A stretch of DNA of 63,831 bases, counting the filler, from Collodictyon triciliatum (Eukaryota), in the NCBI GenBank assembly GCA_043381765.1. It is 10 parts of 10 records of this genome, joined end to end, with 100 filler letters (N's around TTAATTAATTAA, not from the genome) between each part and the next. Parts side by side here need not be neighbours in the genome. Positions count along the whole stretch, not along the records: positions 52,331 to 59,126 come from JBHJMP010000329.1; positions 59,227 to 63,831 come from JBHJMP010000346.1; 8 more parts are not named here. The stretch is one strand, 5' to 3'. Made by a program: the position numbers and the translations under genes. The stretch's first letter is position 1. The number at the start of each line of letters is the position of its first letter. Shown piece after piece: positions 57,368-63,831 of the stretch. Under the pieces are notes generated by a model. The model was given only the letters and a program-made list of their open reading frames with translations, was not told the DNA's origin and searched no databases.

Positions 57368-58378
57368 AGTTTTCGGCTCTAAGATAAGAAAATTTACAAT
57401 TAGAGGTATTTTGTTTGCGATATGGTGGAGCGGCGTATGTTTCTTTTAAAATCACGTTATGCGAAATAATACAACATACTGAATACAGGTGAATTGTGCT
57501 TTTGTAGCCTACTTATTTTTGTATTTTGAAGCAATCCTGGTATTCACGAAAGCAGTGTGAAATATTCATAATTTAAAAGAAAGGATGTTATTCACAGCAA
57601 CTGGGTGTTGACAAAACGAGATTCGTAGGTAAGCTACTGGGCAAATAATTTATCTAAAAAACTATTTATGATAATCATATGTTAAATTTTCACAAAATCC
57701 ACGACTTTCGCGGCTTTCAGATTTGTAACCATAAGGCTCATCTAAAATGAAAATTTAACTATAATCATATTTTTTTTAAAGTGCATTGCACCAATCCCTA
57801 CAGGAAATTTTTTGTCATGCTACCACGTGAAAAAAAATCGTGTTTCTCGCTGAGACTGTTTTGTCTCGACAAACTGATAAAATGTAAAAAAAAAAAAATA
57901 TTTTTAAGCGCCAGAGTAAAAAAAAGAGTTTTCCTCAACGGCAAGCATTTATGCAGCTCAAGTTGAAAGAAATAATCAAATGCATATTTAAGTTGGCTAG
58001 TTGTCCAGATACTCATTAAAAGTAGCAAGAATTTCAAAATCAACAAAATTGGCATAAAAATGAAAGGGAGGCATTTTTTGTTGGCATTTTTTTTGTTATA
58101 CATCTTATTTTACTCTTTTCATAAAGGACCTGTTGCGGAGCTGTGTTAAAGCTCTTTATTTTAAATATTTTCAATTTTAAATGCAACAAGTTTTTTAAAT
58201 AAGAGATGAAAGCAGCTACAAAGTTGTGTAAAGGATTCGTGATATATAGTATAAAAATATGCTATTATTTCCGGAGCAGACACCCAAGACAACCTTCCAG
58301 GAGAACGTCTTTTTGGACTGTATTTTAAAAATTATAGAAGTATTATCTCACTTTTGTTTTTACAAACACCAAAAATAC

Positions 58379-58810
58379 CAAATGAGGCTCGGAATATATG
58401 CTTCCAGGCTTCGACACTTGCTGGGTGTCCAGTCTGATGATGCCTTCAAAAATGTCGTGCTTTTAGAATATGCCTATAAACTCGTAATCTGCGCATGGAA
58501 CCAGGAGCCTGTTCTCTTGATTGACATGCACACAATCAAAAAGCGAGTACATGGAGTCGCTGATATTGTCTTAGCCTTTCATGGTGCGAATAAACTGAAC
58601 CTTTTTTAAAAGCTTTTACATTATTTGGTTACCAGAGTCTGTCACATTCAAACTTCCTTCACTATCAAAAGTAACCGAGAGCGTGCGATTATATATTTTA
58701 TTCTCTAACACTTTCACCTCCGATAATTTTGAAAGGTGCCAAATCGTCGGCGCAAAGCTTCGTTTGATGGTCTTTATAGTATGTAAACGAAATGGTCTTT
58801 TATCAGACAC
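58379..58810 (-). pseudogene. Intronless NHL-repeat-like pseudogene fragment with three in-frame TAA
   Basis: SVTFDSEGSLNVTDSGNQIM*KLLKKVQFIRTMKG*..VHVNQENRLLV..IGIF*KHDIFEGII; resembles the NHL consensus VAVDxxGxLYVxDxxNxRIQ. Confidence 0.55.
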
Positions 58811-58866
58811 AGCGATTCCTCTCGGCCTGCGTACTAAAATAGCCGTTCATGTCAGCTCATTAATAA

Positions 58867-59126
58867 TTTAATACACCCAACAAAACAGGCGGTATCCTAT
58901 TCGGCCTACAGGTTGGTGGAATCCTACCAGAAAACATCGACTGGAAATACCCAAACCACGCACTCAGATACCTGGGTATAATGTTTGGGAGCGGCTGCAC
59001 AGAAAAGTGGGACAATCTGGTCAACAATATCAAGTCCATAATCGCCTCTTGGAAAAGGTTCCATCTGTCAGACATCGGAAAAGCGAGGCTATGGAACCAA
59101 CTCATGCTATCGACCCTCATCCACAA
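58867..59126 (+). mobile_element. 5'-truncated L1/Tx1-clade LINE, RT thumb region, cut by scaffold end
   Basis: Stop-free NKTGGILFG..LRYLGIMFG..KWDNLVNNIKSIIASWKRFHLSDIGKARLWNQLMLSTL, the YLG..W..LS..G(R/K) pattern of L1-clade ORF2. Confidence 0.85.
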
Positions 59127-59226
59127 NNNNNNNNNNNNNNNNNNNNNNNNNNNNNNNNNNNNNNNNNNNNTTAATTAATTAANNNNNNNNNNNNNNNNNN
59201 NNNNNNNNNNNNNNNNNNNNNNNNNN
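59127..59226. other. Artificial scaffold spacer 9
   Basis: N44-TTAATTAATTAA-N44. Confidence 0.97.
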
Positions 59227-59259
<33 letters not shown>

Positions 59260-59285
59260 AAAACAAAAAAAACAAAAACAAAAAA

Positions 59286-63598
<4,313 letters not shown>

Positions 63599-63709
63599 CT
63601 ATACGAATGTGCGCTGATGTTTGCATTAAAAGAAAAAAAGCACGCAGTCTCCAGTATTAAGGTCACCATCAATTATTGCGGTTAATTAATTATTTTACAC
63701 AATTACATG

Positions 63710-63797
63710 AAAAGAAGGAAGATGGAAGAAGGAAGAAGGAAGAAGGAAGAAGGAAGAAGGAAGAAGGAAGAAGGAAGAAGGAAGAAGGAAGAAGAAA

Positions 63798-63830
<33 letters not shown>

Positions 63831-63831
63831 A
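63710..63831. repeat. (GAAGAAG)n/(AAAG)n microsatellite
   Basis: Direct inspection. Confidence 0.9.

Overview
AT-rich, intron-dense eukaryotic genomic DNA, probably from a flagellated, mitochondriate protist; I cannot name the taxon. It uses the standard code: TAA, TAG and TGA all end reconstructed genes. The window is not one locus. Ten short scaffolds are joined by nine artificial N44-TTAATTAATTAA-N44 spacers and mostly break at microsatellites, so adjacency across spacers is meaningless and most genes are partial. Most ORFs in the supplied track are microsatellite or antisense artefacts. By manual splicing I reconstructed: a TKL-type pseudokinase with a ~620-aa mucin-like tail, an NPK1/STE11-type MAP3K, a WS/DGAT, a C-terminal domain resembling the TASOR/Chp1 PIN-like domain, topoisomerase II, a BAR-RhoGAP, an ATRX/RAD54L2-like SNF2 ATPase, a Dpy-30 plus dynein-MTBD-like protein, a divergent chaperonin, a putative mitochondrial ARM protein, organellar ProRS, an ATP6AP2-like protein, a claudin/amastin-like tetraspan and a SIK1/Dst1-like STE20 kinase. 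Non-LTR retroelement activity is also visible: APE and RT fragments, a 107-bp polyA insertion with a 17-bp TSD, and a family of ~18-28-nt polyA stubs with TSDs in introns, one of which duplicates a TOP2 splice donor in frame. Family calls rest on motifs recalled from memory; no searches were run.
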